Assembly (NCBI RefSeq): GCF_028641065.1
Contig: NW_026576092.1
Coordinates: 124,001-188,000 of the forward strand
Direction of reading: 5' to 3'
Length of the DNA stretch: 64,000 bases
From: Leucoraja erinacea
Lineage: Eukaryota
Shown: piece by piece, positions 36,361 to 49,995 of the stretch
Layout of the letters: every line of letters begins with the position of its first letter
Position numbering within the stretch: the stretch's first letter is position 1
The notes under the pieces: generated by a model
Seen by the model: only the letters and a program-made list of their open reading frames with translations
What the model was told of the DNA's origin: nothing
The model's database searches: none
Made by a program: the position numbers and the translations under genes

Positions 36361-38199
36361 TGTTTCAGAATCTACAAATGTACCCCCTGGGTAGCCGAAA
36401 TGTACCCTCTGGGTGGGCAAAATTTACCCCCTAGAGTTAAAACTACCCCAGGTTGGGAGCCTTTGGCCTGGATGTAGGGCCGAGATGGCCTGTTTCCGTG
36501 CTGTAATTGTTATATGGTTATATATGGTATCATGTGAATATTAAATAATTATTCCTAGTAGGTTGGTTTCTTGGTCCTCACAAAATATTCCAAATGGAAT
36601 TTAAACTGGAGGTGGTGGAGGGAAGACTTAAGCCAGAATTGGATTACTGGATTTCCGCTCAAATCCAGAATTAGTTTAGTTCAGAGATACAGCATGGAAA
36701 TAGGCCCTTCGGCCTATAGTGAATAGGCCCTTCGGCCTTCAGAAAATACCAGAGTGCAGTGTTAAAGCGTGGCAGTTGCAGACCGGCCAGCAATCACCAT
36801 CACACGATTCTATCCTACAATATCAGGGACAATGCGCAGAATTCAATTAACCTAGAAAATGCTGCACGTCTTTGGAATGTAGGAAGAAAACTGAGCAGCC
36901 GGAAAAACAACTATCACCACCAACAAAGATACTGGAGTATGATTTTTGATTCTATGATCTTTGATCACCACGAAGTGACGGAGAAGGTACAAACGCCGGA
37001 CAGACAGCACCCGAGGTCAGGGTCGAACCCGGGTCTCTGGCACTGTGAGGCAGCAACCTTTTCACCCGCACCAATTGTAATTACGAAACTTAAAAACTCG
37101 GTTACACCTCCTTCCATTTGCAATTGCTCAAATCGTCCAAGGGAGTGTTAAAAAAAAAGAAGCTTATTTGGACCACAGTCTTTTGCAACAGTTCTTAGAT
37201 ACAAAGCTGGATGTTAGGATCAGACGAGAGGCGTACCTGCTGGCGTTGGGTGCGAAAGGAACAGCAGAGTCGGGAATCTTGATTGAAACACAAAGTGCTG
37301 GAGTAACTCAGCGGGTCAGGCAGTATCTATGTGGGGAAATGGATCGGCAAAATTAATATTGTTTGCACTATTATTGTTTGTTTGTTGTTGTTGGTTGTTT
37401 TTTTGTGTGTAGGCATGTGTGCGTGTGTGAGTGTATATATATATACATAAATGATCTATCTCTATAGATATGTGTGTGTATTTGTATGTGTACTGACACT
37501 TTTTCTCTCTCGTTATTATATTGTTTACAGTGTGCTATATTTACATATTCTGTTGTGCTGCTGCAAGTAACAATTCCATTATTCCATCTGGGGCAAATGG
37601 CAATAAAACACTATTCTTCAGACTCGTTATTATACTGGCGTGTGATGGTATTAGCTTGCTGTTGTCACGTGTAGCGAGACGCGGTGAAAAATGTTGCTGC
37701 TCCCCATGGAAATCATATTCTACACGAGTACAATCCAGCCGTGCAACAGTTAATGCAACGGGGAAAATACGAGAGTGCAGTGTTAAAGCGTGGCAGTTGC
37801 AGAGAAAGCGCAGACAACAAGTTGGTGCTCTCGTGTATAATTGTTATTCGTTTCACTATTCAGAACTGTAAATGCTGACGGCTTCCCGGAATTACTGATT
37901 CAGTCACCAGGCCATGTGATCTTAAACCTACGCCCTGAATCCAGTATTTCCACGTCAAGAATAGAATTGACCTTTGCCGTTTCAACAGGCTCCTTTCCCA
38001 ATGCTCAGGTGAACCCAGGGAATAGGTCGGGTGAATGCACAGTCTTTTAACAAGGGAAGGGGAATCAAGAACCAGGTTTAAAGTGAGAGGGGAAAGATCT
38101 AAAAGGGACCTGAGGTCAACCTGTTCACACAGAGAGTGTGTGGGTTTTTGAGACGTGTTGTCAAAGCAGGTAGTTGAGGCAGGTACTATAACAACACTT

Positions 38200-39945
38200 A
38201 CATAGAAACATAGAAACATAGAAACATAGAAATTAGGTGCAGGAGTAGGCCATTCGGCCCTTCGAGCCTGCACCGCCATTCAATATGATCATAGAAACAT
38301 AGAAACATAGAAATTAGGTGCAGGAGTAGGCCATTCGGCCCTTCGAGCCTGCACCGCCATTCAATATGATCATGGCTGATCATCCAACTCAGTATCCCGT
38401 ACCTGCCTTCTCTCCATACCCCCTGATCCCCCTGGCCACAAGGGCCACATCTAACTCCCTCTTAAATATAGCCAATGAACTGGCCTCAACTACCCTCTGT
38501 GGCAGAGAGTTCCAGAGATTCACCACTCTCTGTGTGAAATTTTTTTTTTTTTAAAAGACATTTGGACAAGCATGGATAGGAAATTGTCTATAGGGATATG
38601 GACCAAATGTGGGCAGGTGGGACTAGCATAGATGGGACATCTCGGTCGGCATGGGCAAGTCGAACCAAAGGGTCTGCTTCCGTGCTGTACGACTATGACT
38701 CTAACTCTTGAGCCTCAAAACCAATGCTATGGAAGGCACAACTTTAAAAACAAAAACCAAAGGTTGGAGGGCCTCAGCGGGACAGGCAGCATCTGTGCAG
38801 AGAGACATAAGGAACTCCAGTTGCAGGAATCTTGAGTAGAGCACAAAGTGCTTGGGTAACAAAGAGGGTCAGGCTGCATTTGTGAATGAATGGATTTCAT
38901 GAATGGACAACATTTTTTTATTGGGTCCCTTCCTTGTAGATTGGACCGTCTGCCTGAAGCAACAGTTCAAACAGGGAGTGGGGCAAAGGAAAATGTCCTT
39001 TATGATAAGTGGGGAGATGAGGGGGGCAGCGGGAACTAGAAGTCCTACCAGGTAAGGTAAGGAGAAATCCTCTGGGCGTGAAATTCTTAAGGGGCTTTCC
39101 TCAGGCTAGATGCAGGAAGATTGTTCCCAACGCCATTGGGGAAGTCCAGAACAAGGGGTCACAGTTTAAGGATAAGGGGAAAATCTTTTCGAACCGAGAT
39201 GAGGAAATCATTTTTCACACAGAGAGTAGTGAATCTGTGGAATTCTCTGCCACAGAAGGTGGTTGAGGCCACCCAGTTCATTGGCTATATTTAAGAGGGA
39301 GTTAGGTGTGGCCCTTGTGGCTAACGGGATCAGGGGGTATGGAGAGAAGGCAGGTACAAAGATACTCCAGTTGCATGATCTTGATTTTACTAGAAAGTTG
39401 CCTGGGTTTCAGCAACTAAGTTACAGAGAAAGGTTGAACAAGTTAGGGCTTTATTCTTTGGAACGCAGAAGGTTAAGGGGGGACTTGATAGAGGTTTTTA
39501 AAATGATGAGAGGGATAGACAGAGTTGACGTGGACAAGCTTTTCCCACTGAGAGTAGGGAAGGTTCAAACACGAGGACATGACATGAGGGGTTGGACAGG
39601 GACTGAAGTTTAGGGGTAACCATGAGGGGGAAGTTCAGAACTCAGGTCACAGTGGTAGCTGTGTGGAATGAGCTTCCAGTGAAGGTGGTGGAGGCAGGTT
39701 CGTTTTTATCATTTAAAAATAAATTTGATAGTTATATGGACGGGAAAGGAATGGAGGGTGATGGTCTGAACGCAGGTGTATGGGACTAGGGGAGAATACG
39801 TGTTCGGCACGGACTAGAAGGGGAGAGATGGCCTGTTTCCGTGATACTGAGTTATATGGTTATATATGGTTATCATAATGAATGGCTCAAAGGGCCAAAT
39901 GGCCTACTCCTGCACCTATTTTCTATGTGTCTATGTTTCTAAATG
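38200..39945. mobile_element. CR1 fragments: 38200-38545 (-, tail duplicated in tandem) and an A/B mosaic at 39080-39945 (+)
   Basis: ORFs 38198, 39078 and 39263. Confidence 0.8.
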
Positions 39946-40197
39946 TGAAACCAGAGGGATAAGGGTGGAAGGCGATCTTGTGGAAAGGGGTGGGATACAA
40001 ATGCAGAGGCACAGAAAAGAAAGGTAGGGGTGGGAGAGGAAGTAGTAATACCTAAAATTGGCAAATTTGATGTTCATACTGAAGAAGGGTCCCAACCTGA
40101 AACCTGACCTACTCCTTTTGGCCAGAGATGCAGCCTGACCCCGTGACTTACTTTAGCAATTTATGTCTCTCTTCAATGTTTATACTGTTGGGTTGTA

Positions 40198-41338
40198 ACG
40201 CACCAACATCAGCGTTTTGGAGGAAGCCGACATGACCAGCATCACCACCACAATAATGCAGCACCAACTTCGATGGACTGGCCATGTCATCCGCATGCCC
40301 ATGTTAAAATTGTACAAGGCATTGGTGAGGCCAATTCTGGAGTATGGTGTACAGTTTTGGTCGCCTAATTATAGGAAGGATGTCAACAAAATAGAGAGAG
40401 CACAGAGGAGATTTACTAGAATGTTGCCTGGGTTTCAGCGACTAAGTTACAGAGAAAGGTTGAACAAGTTAGGGCTTTATTCTTTGGAGCGCAGAAGGTT
40501 AAGGGGGGACTTGATAGAGGTTTTTAAAATGATGAGAGGGATAGACAGAGTTGACGTGGAAAAGCTTTTCCCACTGAGAGTAGGGAAGATTCAAACAAGG
40601 GGACATGACATGAGAATTAAGGGACTGAAGTTTAGGGGTAACATGAGGGGGAACTTCTTTACTCAGAGAGTGGTAGCTGTGTGGAATGAGCTTCCAGTGA
40701 AGGTGGTGGAGGCAGGTTCGTTTTTATCATTTAAAAATAAATTGGATAGTTATATGGATGGGAAGGGAATGGAGGGTTATGGTCTGAGCGCAGGTATATG
40801 GGACTAGGGGAGATTATGTGTTCGGCACGGACTAGAAGGGTCGAGATGGCCTGTTTCCGTGCTGTAATTGTTTATATGGTTATGGTAATGCAGCACCAAC
40901 TTAATGGACCCATGTCATCCGCATCCCAACTACGTTCCCTAAAACAAACTCTGGACTGTCAACTGAAGGAAGGTCGGCGAGCCCCCGGCAGGCCAAAGAA
41001 ACGCTTCAAGGACAACATCAAGAACAGTCTAAAGAAATTCCACATCGCATTGAGCAACTGGGAGCACATTGCACTGGACAGGCGCTCCTGGGGGAAATCC
41101 GTGCAGGAAGGAGCTGCACGTCACGAAACGGAACTACGCTGTGTTGCAGAGAAGGAGAGAGGAGAAGGGGACACGACGACCACCAACCACCGCCAGTCTC
41201 CACTGCCCACGTTGCACCACAGTGTGTGGATCGCGGATCGGCCTCCATAGACATCTGCATACTCACAAACGGACGACCCTATGGAGAGGAGAGTACAGTC
41301 ATACTCGTTTCCAGTGACCGCCAATGATGATGATGATT
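40198..41338 (+). mobile_element. RTE-clade LINE 3' end interrupted by CR1 (40301-40885)
   Basis: QLRWTGHVIRMP, GRPKKRFKD, WEHIALDRRSW, CPRC..CGSRIGLHRH C2H2-like end, (gat)n tail. Confidence 0.85.
40301..40885 (+). mobile_element. CR1 family B 3' fragment
   Basis: ORF 40217..40807. Confidence 0.92.
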
Positions 41339-41902
41339 GCCACATATGCAGAGTGCAAATGCACAGTGAAATTATTTTCTTACAAACAGTCCAGTAGACT
41401 ATTGCCATACCTACGTACTTCCCCGATGAGCAGAGTGCACAGAAATAGTCCATATGGGCCTGCGTGCTAGAGGCGCCATGTTTTGGCACCATTTTCAAAG
41501 TCCAGTCCACGCTCTAGTTGTGATGAGTGATGCACCTTCCAGGCAAGTCCCAGGCTATTGTAGGCCTCCACCCATCACCTTCCCTTGGACGTGCGAACCG
41601 ACGTCCCTCTCCTCGTCCGTCCACCTTTGTGCCCCAGAGAAGTCTCCCACAGCTGATCTCGAGGGCGCTGTAGGCCAGACACCTCTCCTACTGGCCTCAC
41701 TCCCCGCCCATTGCATCCGTCATTCATCCATCTTGTATTAAGTCTTCGGGTGAAGATTAGCTGATCCCCCCCCCCCCCCCCCTCCAGGCCTTCACTCAGG
41801 TGCTGGTTGGTGGGGCTCCAGAGTGGTATGGGGCACTGGGACTAGCATAGCCCGGGCATCGAGATCAGCATGGGCCAAAGGGCCTGTTTTCGTGTTGTAT
41901 GA

Positions 41903-44150
41903 CTTGGTGAGACCACACCTGGAGTATTGCGTACAGTTTTGGTCTCCTAATCTGAGGAAAGACATTCTTGCAATAGAGTACAGAGTAGGTTCACCAGACT
42001 GATTCCTGGGATGGCAGGACTTTCATATGAAGAAAGACTGGATAGACTCGGCTTGTAAAGGTTAAGGGGGGACTTGATAGAGGTTTTTTAAATGATGAGA
42101 GGGATAGACAGAGTTGACGTGGAAAAGCTTTTCCCACTAAGAGTAGGGAAGATTTAAACATAGAAACATAGAAACATAGAAATTAGGTGCAGGAGTAGGC
42201 CATTCGGTCCTTCGAGCCTGCACCGCCATTCAATATAATCATGGCTGATCATCCAACTCAGTATGGCGGTGAAGGCTCGAAGGGCCGAATGGTATACTCC
42301 GGCACCTATTGTCCCGTACCTGCCTTCTCTCCATACCCCCTGATCCCCTTAGCCACAAGGGCCACATCTAACTCCCTCTTAAATATAGCCAATGAACTGG
42401 CCTCAACTACCCTCTGTGGCAGAGAGTTCCAGAGATTCACCACTCTCTGTGTGAAAAAAGTTCTTCTCATCTCGGTTTTTGAAGGATTTCCCCCTTATCC
42501 TTAAGCTGTGACCCCTTGTCCTGGACTTCCCTAACAACAAGGGGACATGACATGAGAATTGAAGTTTAGGGGTAACATGAGGGGGAACTTCTTTACTCAG
42601 AGAGTGGTAGCTGTGTGGAATGAGCTTCCAGTGAAGGTGGTGGAGGCAGGTTTGTTTTATCATTTAAAAATAAATTGTATAGTTATATGGATGGGAAGGG
42701 AAGGGAGGGTTATGGTCTGAGCGCAGGTATATGGGACTAGGGGAGATGATGTGTTCGGCACGGACTAGAAGGGTGGAGATGGCCTGTTTCCGTGCTGTAA
42801 TTGTTATATGGTTATATGGTTAAAGATGAGGGAAAATCTCGACTTACTGCATTCCCCGATGATGTACTTTGTCATGTGACGCAATGTGATCCTTTAACTG
42901 GCAGCGTTGCTGACTGGGGAATTCCAGTTTTGTCATTGACTTGTACAGCTTAGAAACAGGCCATTCAGCCCATCAAACCCACACTGACCAAAAACAACAT
43001 AGTTCAGTTTAGTTTATTTTAGAGATATATCCTCATTTGTATATATTGTTTTAATCAGCATTTTACTATTTTGCACTCTGGTTCGATGCTAAACTGGATT
43101 TTGTTTTACCTGTACTTGTATTTGTGCAATGACAATAAAGTTGAATCTAATCTAATCTAATAAAAAAAATAGCACGGAAACAGGCCCTTCAGCCCACCAA
43201 GTCTGTACCGACCAGCGATCCCCGCTCATTAACACTACTCTACACACACTAGGCACATTACAATTATACCAAGCCAATCAACCTGCAAACCTGTACGTCT
43301 TTAGATTGTGGGAGGAAACATATATAACACCATATAACACCATATAACAATTACAGCACGGAAACAGGCCATCGCGACCCTTCTAGTCCGTGCCGAACAC
43401 ATAATCTCCCCTAGTCCCATATACCTGCGCTCAGACCATAACCCTCCATTCCCTTCCCATCCATATAACTATCCAATTTATTTTTAAATGATAAAAACGA
43501 ACCTGCCTCCACCACCTTCACTGGAAGCTCATTCCACACAGCTACCACTCTCTGAGTAAAGAAGTTCCCCCTCATGTTACCCCTAAACTTCAGTCCCTTA
43601 ATTCTCATGTCATGTCCCCTTGTTTGAATCTTCCCTACTCTCAGTGGGAAAAGCTTTTCCACGTCAACTCTGTCTATCCCTCTCATCATTTTAAAAACCT
43701 CTATCAAGTCCCCCCTTAACCTTCTGTGCTCCAAAGAATAACGCCCTAACTTGTTCAACAAGATCTCGGAGAAAGTTCTCTCTAGACTCTATATTCTCTC
43801 TAGGCTCTATACTCTCTAGAATTTAGGAGATTGAGAGGGGATCTTATAGAAACTTACAAAATTCTTAAGGGGTTGGACAGGCTAGATGCAGGAAGATTGT
43901 TCCCGATGTTGGACAAGGGGTCACAGCTTAAGGATAAGGGGGAAATCCTTTAAAACCGAGATGAGGAGAACTTTTTTTCACACAGAGAGTGGTGAATCTC
44001 TGGAACTCTCTGCCACAGAGGGTAGTTGAGGCCAGTTCATTGGCTATATTTAAGAGGGGGTTAGATGTGGCCCTTGTGGCTAAAGGGACCAGGGGGTATG
44101 TAGAGAAGGCAGGTACGGGATACTGAGTTGGATGATCAGCCATGATCATA
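41903..44150. mobile_element. CR1 cluster: A/B mosaic 41903-42821, family B 43322-43760 (-), family A 43805-44150 (+)
   Basis: ORFs 42241, 43411 and 43928. Confidence 0.85.
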
Positions 44151-44711
44151 TACGTTGATATGGAGATAATAGTTCAATGGAAGGAGTGTGGGAACCTGCT
44201 GGAGAAGTACCTGGTGCACTCATACTTATTTCTGGACAAAGCTGTAGATATGGGAGTTTCTAATGAAGTAGCAATGGCTAGTAACAGTATTTTATTTTTT
44301 GGTTTGTAGGCCTCTGTATGACAATTTACAGAAGGCCAATTAACCTTTACTACTTGCATGTTTTTGGGATGAGGGAGGAAACTGAAGCACCCGGACGAAA
44401 TACATGCAGTCGAACGGAGAACGGACAGACTCCACACAGACAGCACTGGAGGTCAGGATCAAACACGGATCAAACAGGTCTGGCAGCTGCGCCTCTGTAC
44501 TGCCATAAAACACAATGTGCTGGTTTGATTGGATTATATTGGCGGATGGTGCTTTCGGAGAGGATTCTTCAGGTTAGGATTTACTGCCATTTGGAAGAGA
44601 ATGGAGCAATGTGGTGCATCAGTTCAATAGACAAAGTCCAGTGTCCGCAATGGAGTAATGATAAATCGAACAGTACCCTCACTTATGGAAGGACCTTACA
44701 GAAGCCTGATA

Positions 44712-45663
44712 ATATATATTAATGATTTGGACGAGGGAATTGAATGCAACATCTCCAAGTTTGCGGGTGACACGAAGCTGGGGGGCAGTGTTAGCTGTAA
44801 GGAGGATGCTAGGAGGCTGCAAGGTGACTTGGATAGGTTGGGTGAGTGGGCAAATGCATGGCAGATGCAGTATAATGTGGATAAATGCGAGGTTATCCAC
44901 TTTGGTGGCAAGAACAGGAAAATAGACTAGTATCTGAATGGTGGCCGATTAGGAAAAGGGGAGATGCAACGAGACCTGGGTATCATGGTACACCAGTCAT
45001 TGAAAGTAGGCATGCAGGTGCAGCAGGCAGTGAAGAAAGCGAATGGTATGTTAGCATTCATAGCAAAAGGATTTGAGTATAAGAGCAGGGAGGTTCTACT
45101 GCAGTTGTACAGGGTCTTGGTGAGACCACACCTGGAGTATTGTGTACAGTCTGAGGAAAGACATTCTTGCCATAGAGGGAGTACAGAGAAGGTTCACCAG
45201 ACTGATTCCTGGGATGGCAGAACTTTCATATGAAGAAAGATTGGATAGACTCGGCTTGTACTCGCTAGAATTTAGAAGATTGAGGAGGGATCTTATAGAA
45301 ACTTACAAAATTCTTAAGGGGTTGGACAGGCTAGATGCAGGAAGATTGTTCCCGATGTTGGGGAAGTCCTGAACAAGGGGTCACAGTTTAAGGATAAGGG
45401 GGAAATCTTTTAGGACCGAGATGAGAAAAACATTTTTCACACAGAGTGGTGAATCTGTGGAATTCTCTGCCACAGAAGGTAGTTGAGGCCAGAATGTTGG
45501 CTATATTTAAGAGGGAGTTAGATGTGGCCCTTGTGGCTAAAGGGATCAGGGGGTATAGAGAGAAGGCAAGTACAGGATACTGAGTTGGATGATCAGCCAT
45601 GATCATATTGAATGGCGGTGCAGGGCCGAATGGCCTACTCCTGCACCTATTTTCTATGTTTCT
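44712..45663 (+). mobile_element. CR1 family A fragment with stops
   Basis: ORFs 44658, 44964 and 45142; TTTCTATG tail. Confidence 0.92.
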
Positions 45664-45959
45664 AACCGAGGGGAAAATGGTATTCCTGAGTCTGGTGGAG
45701 AGCTTCTGTAGTTTTTCCTGGGAGCGGGGGGAAGAATGAATGACCGACTGGGGTGAGACAAGTCTTTGTTTATATTAGCTGCTTTTCTGATGCAGCATGA
45801 AGTGCGGATGGAATCAATGGTGGTGGGTCTGGTCAATGCAATGGGCTGGGCTAGTTACACAACTCATTTTTTCAAGTTGTAAATGCAACTGTGCAGTCTG
45901 AAAGTCACAAAATGGAGAGGAATAGCTGGTTTGGAACCTGCGGTGAACACACAGAGCTG

Positions 45960-46080
45960 GGTGGGGACTTTGCTCACTGAAGCCGTGCCAACTGAAAGTG
46001 AAAGAGATGAATTTCGGTTGTGTCATGCAGGTTGAGCAAACAACACCAAGGGGATTTCCAGCAAAACAGTTTCTGTTCAA
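45960..46080. promoter_or_regulatory. candidate distal IRF/NF-kB enhancer
   Basis: GGGACTTTGC (45964), AACTGAAAGTGAAAG (45990-46004), GGGGATTTCC (46050-46059) and AGTTTCTGTTC (46068) within 120 bp of non-repeat sequence. Confidence 0.4.
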
Positions 46081-46139
46081 TACACTCCCCTTCTTCAGCC
46101 ACGTCTCTCTCTTTCCCATTTCTGCTTTTTGTTCTCTCA

Positions 46140-46668
46140 TATAATCATATAACCGTATAACAATTACAGCACGGAAACAGGCCATCTCGACCCTTCTAGT
46201 CCGTGCCGAACACATAATCTCCCCTAGTCCCATATACCTGCGCTCAGACCATAACCCTCCATTCCCTTCCCATCCATATAACTATCCAATTTATTTTTTA
46301 ATGATAAAAACGAACTTGCCTCCACCACCTTCACTGGAAGCTCATTCCACACAGCTACCACTCTCTGAGTAAAGAAGTTCCCCCTCATGTTACCCCTAAA
46401 CTTCAGTCCCTTAATTCTCATGTCATGTCCCCTTGTTTGAATCTTCCCTACTCTCAGTGGGAAAAGCTTTTCCACGTCAACTCTGTCTATCCCTCTCATC
46501 ATTTTAAAAAACCTCTATCAAGTCCCCCCTTAACCTTCTGCGCTCCAAAGAATAAAGCCCTAACTTGTTCAACCTTTCTCTGTAACTTAGTTGCTGAAAC
46601 CCCAGGCAACATTCTAGTAAATCTCCTCTGTACTCTCTCTATTTTGTTGACATCCTTCCTATAATTAG
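46140..46668 (-). mobile_element. CR1 family B 3' fragment
   Basis: ORF 46224..46502. Confidence 0.9.
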
Positions 46669-46894
46669 CTGAATAATTATTAAAAAACAAATAATTATTT
46701 TGTTGACATCCTCTCCTACCATCCTGCTCCTGTTATAGTTTAGTTCAGGGACCCAGCACAGAAACAAGCCCTTTGGTCCATGCTGTTCGGTGATCCCCTC
46801 ACACTAACAGTCTCTGCCACACACAAGGGACAATTTACATTTCTACCAAGCCATTTAACCCGCAAACCTGTACGTTTTTATTTTTGAGTGTGGT

Positions 46895-48052
46895 AGAAAC
46901 ATAGAAACATAGAAACATAGAAATTAGGTGCAGGAGTAGGCCATTCGGCCCTTCGAGCCTGCACCGCCATTCAACATGATCATGGCTGATCATCCAACTC
47001 AGTATCCCGTACCTGCCTTCTCTCCATACCCCCTGATCCCCTTAGCCACAAGGGCCACATCTAACTCCCTCTTAAATATAGCCTATGAACTGGCCTCAAC
47101 TACCCTCTGTGGCAGAGAGTTCCAGAGATTCACCACTCTCTGTGTGAAAAAAGTTCTTCTCATCTCGGTTTTAAAGGATTTCCCCCTTATCCTTAAGCTG
47201 TGACCCCTTGTCCTGGACTTTCCTAACATCGGGAACAATCTTCCTGCATCTGGCCTGTCCAACCCCTTAAGAATGTTGTAAGTTTCTATAAGATCCCCTC
47301 TCAATCTCCTAAATTCTAGAGAGTATAAACCAAGTCTATCCAGTCTTTCTTCATAAGACAGTCCGGACATCCCAGGAATCAGTCTGGTGAACCGTCTCTG
47401 CACTCCCTCTATGGCAATAATGTCCTTCCTCAGATTTGGAGACCAAAACTGTACGCAATACTCCAGGCGTGGTCTCACCAAGACCCTGTACAACTGCAGT
47501 AGAACCTCCCTGCTCCTATACTCAAATCCTTTTGCAATGAAAGCTAACATATCATTCACTTTCTTTACTGCCTGCTGCACCTGCATGCCTACCTTCAATG
47601 ATTGGTGTACCATGACACCCAGGTCTCGCTGCATCTCCCCCTTTCCCAATCGGCCACCATTTAGATAATAGTCTGCTTTCCCGTTTTTGCCACCAAAATG
47701 GATAACCTCACATTTATCCACATTATACTGCATCTGCCAAACATTTGCCCACTCACCCAGCCTATCCAAGTCACCTTGCAGTCTCCTAGCATCCTCCTCA
47801 CAGCTAACACTGCCCCCCAGCTTAGTGTCATCCGCAAACTTGGAGATATTGCCTTCAATTCCCTCATCCAGATCATTAATATATATTGTAAATAGCTGGG
47901 GTCCCAGTACTGAGCCTTGGGGTACCCCACTAGTCACTGCCTGCCATTGTGAAAAGGACCCGTTTACTCCTACTCTTTGCTTCCTGTTTGCCAGCCAGTT
48001 CTCTATCCACATCAATACTGAACCCCCAATGCCTTGTGCTTTAAGTTTGTAT
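46895..48052 (-). mobile_element. CR1 LINE family A (TTTCTATG tail; HER1-like), long copy inserted in a SINE
   Basis: ORF 47083..48321 (SGVPQGSVLGP, FADD); SINE halves at about 46735-46893 and 48055-48195. Confidence 0.95.
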
Positions 48053-48235
48053 ACTAGGAAACCGGAGGTCCCAGACAAAGCCCATGCAGGCCATGGGGAG
48101 AATGTACAAATTCCGTACAGACAAGAATCCACAGTCAGGATCGAACCCAGGTATCTGGAGCTGTAAGGCAGCAACTCTACCGCTGCGCCACATTGCCAAC
48201 CTCTAAGAGTTTCCTCTATTATTTCAATGTGACTT

Positions 48236-48803
48236 AGAAGGGACATGCAGGGAAAAATGTTCCCGATGTTGGGGGAGCCCAGAACTAGGGGGTTGCAGTT
48301 TAAGAATAAGGGGTAGGCCATATTGGGCTAAAATGCGGAAAAACTTTTTCACACTGAGAGTTGTGAATCTGTAGAATTTTCTGACACAATAGGCAGTGGA
48401 GGCCGATTCACTGGATGTTTTCAAGAGAGAGTTAAATATAACTGAGGGCTCACGGAATCAAGGGAAATGGGGAGAAAGCAGGAACGGAGTACTGATTTTG
48501 GATGATCAGCCATGATCATATTGAATGGCTTGAAGGGCTGAATGGCCTACCCCTGCACCTATGTTCTATGTTTCTATGTTTACCATTGAAACATAGAAAA
48601 TAGGTGCAGGAGTAGGCCATACGGCCCTTTGAGCCTGCACCGCCATTTAATATGATCATGGCTGATCATCCAACTCAGTATCCTGTACCTGCCTTCTCTC
48701 CATACCCCCTGATCCATTTAGCCGCAAGGGCCACATCTAACTCCCTCTTAAATATAGCCAATGAACTGTGGCCTCAACTACCTTCTGTGGCAGAGAGTTC
48801 CAC
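48236..48803. mobile_element. tail-to-tail CR1 3' ends: 48236-48580 (+) and 48590-48803 (-)
   Basis: CR1 3' UTR and TTTCTATG tails on both strands. Confidence 0.85.
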
Positions 48804-49005
48804 AAATCATGGGAGACCCCTTCCACCCCAGCAATGGACTGTTCCAGCTGCTACGGTCAGGCAAACGCCTCCGTTGCCATGCGGTGAGAACGGAGAGGTT
48901 GAGAAGGAGTTTCTTCCCAGAGGCAATTCGGACTGTAAACGCCTATCTCACCAGGGACTAACTCTACTGAACGTTTTTCCTTCCATTATTTATTATGTAA
49001 AAGAA

Positions 49006-49417
49006 TATTGTATTGTATTGTATATCTTTATTGTCATTTCCTGAGTATTCGCATACCCAGAGGAAACAAAAAAAACGTTGCTCAACCAGTGTCCATTCAG
49101 TGTACATGAAAAAATAAATAGAAATTAAAAAAAAAATACATGTCATGAACAAATTTAACACTCTACTAAACATTCAACAGCCGTTCCGACCGGCAGCGGC
49201 ACAACAGTGGCTCTGCTGCAGTGTGGGGGTTTGTGCGCGATATTTGGCAGGGGGCAAAGTCCATTTAGCAGTCTTATAGCCTGTGGGAAGAAGCTGAGGA
49301 GCATCCTGCTGGTTTTGCAGCTAATGCTCCTGTACCTCTTCCCAGATGGGAGGATGGAGAAAATGTCATGCGATGGGTGGTAAGGGTCTTTGATGATGGA
49401 GATGGCTCTGTTGATAC
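49006..49417 (-). mobile_element. Rex1/Babar fragment, inverted near-identical copy of 50815-51240
   Basis: ORF 49155..49472 C-terminus; (tattg)n tail. Confidence 0.88.
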
Positions 49418-49995
49418 AGGCCATCTCGACCCTTCTAGTCCGTGCCGAACACATAATCTCCCCTAGTCCCATATACCTGCGCTCAGACCATAACCCTCCA
49501 TTCCCTTCCCATCCATATAACTATCCAATTTATTTTTAAATGATAAAAACGAACCTGCCTCCACCACCTTCACTGGAAGCTCATTCCACACAGCTACCAC
49601 TCTCTGAGTAAAGAAGTTCCCCCTCATGTTACCCCCTAAACTTCAGTCCCTTAATTCTCATGTCATGTCCCCTTGTTTGAATCTTCCCTACTCTCAGTGG
49701 GAAAAGCTTTTCCACGTCAACTCTGTCTATCCCTCTCATCATTTTAAAAACCTCTATCAAGTCCCCCCTTAACCTTCTGCGCTCCAAAGAATAAAGCCCT
49801 AACTTGTTCAACCTTTCTCTGTAACTTAGTTGCTGAAACCCAGGCAACATTCTAGTAAATCTCCTCTGTACTCTCTCTATTTTGTTGACATCCTTCCTAT
49901 AATTAGGCGACCAAAATTGTACACCATACTCCAGAATTGGCCTCACCAATGCCTTGTACAATTTTAACATTACATCCCAACTTCTATACTCAAAT
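49417..49995 (-). mobile_element. CR1 family B fragment at the truncated 3' end of the ERV
   Basis: ORF 49629..49970. Confidence 0.9.

Noticed and set aside
37865-38008. Possible plus-strand exon (cag|...cag|gtgaac) in unique sequence
   Set aside because: No recognisable protein similarity and no partner exons.
38200-38370. Tandem repeat resembling a repeat-spacer array
   Set aside because: It is a duplicated CR1 3' tail; eukaryotic context with no spacers or cas genes.
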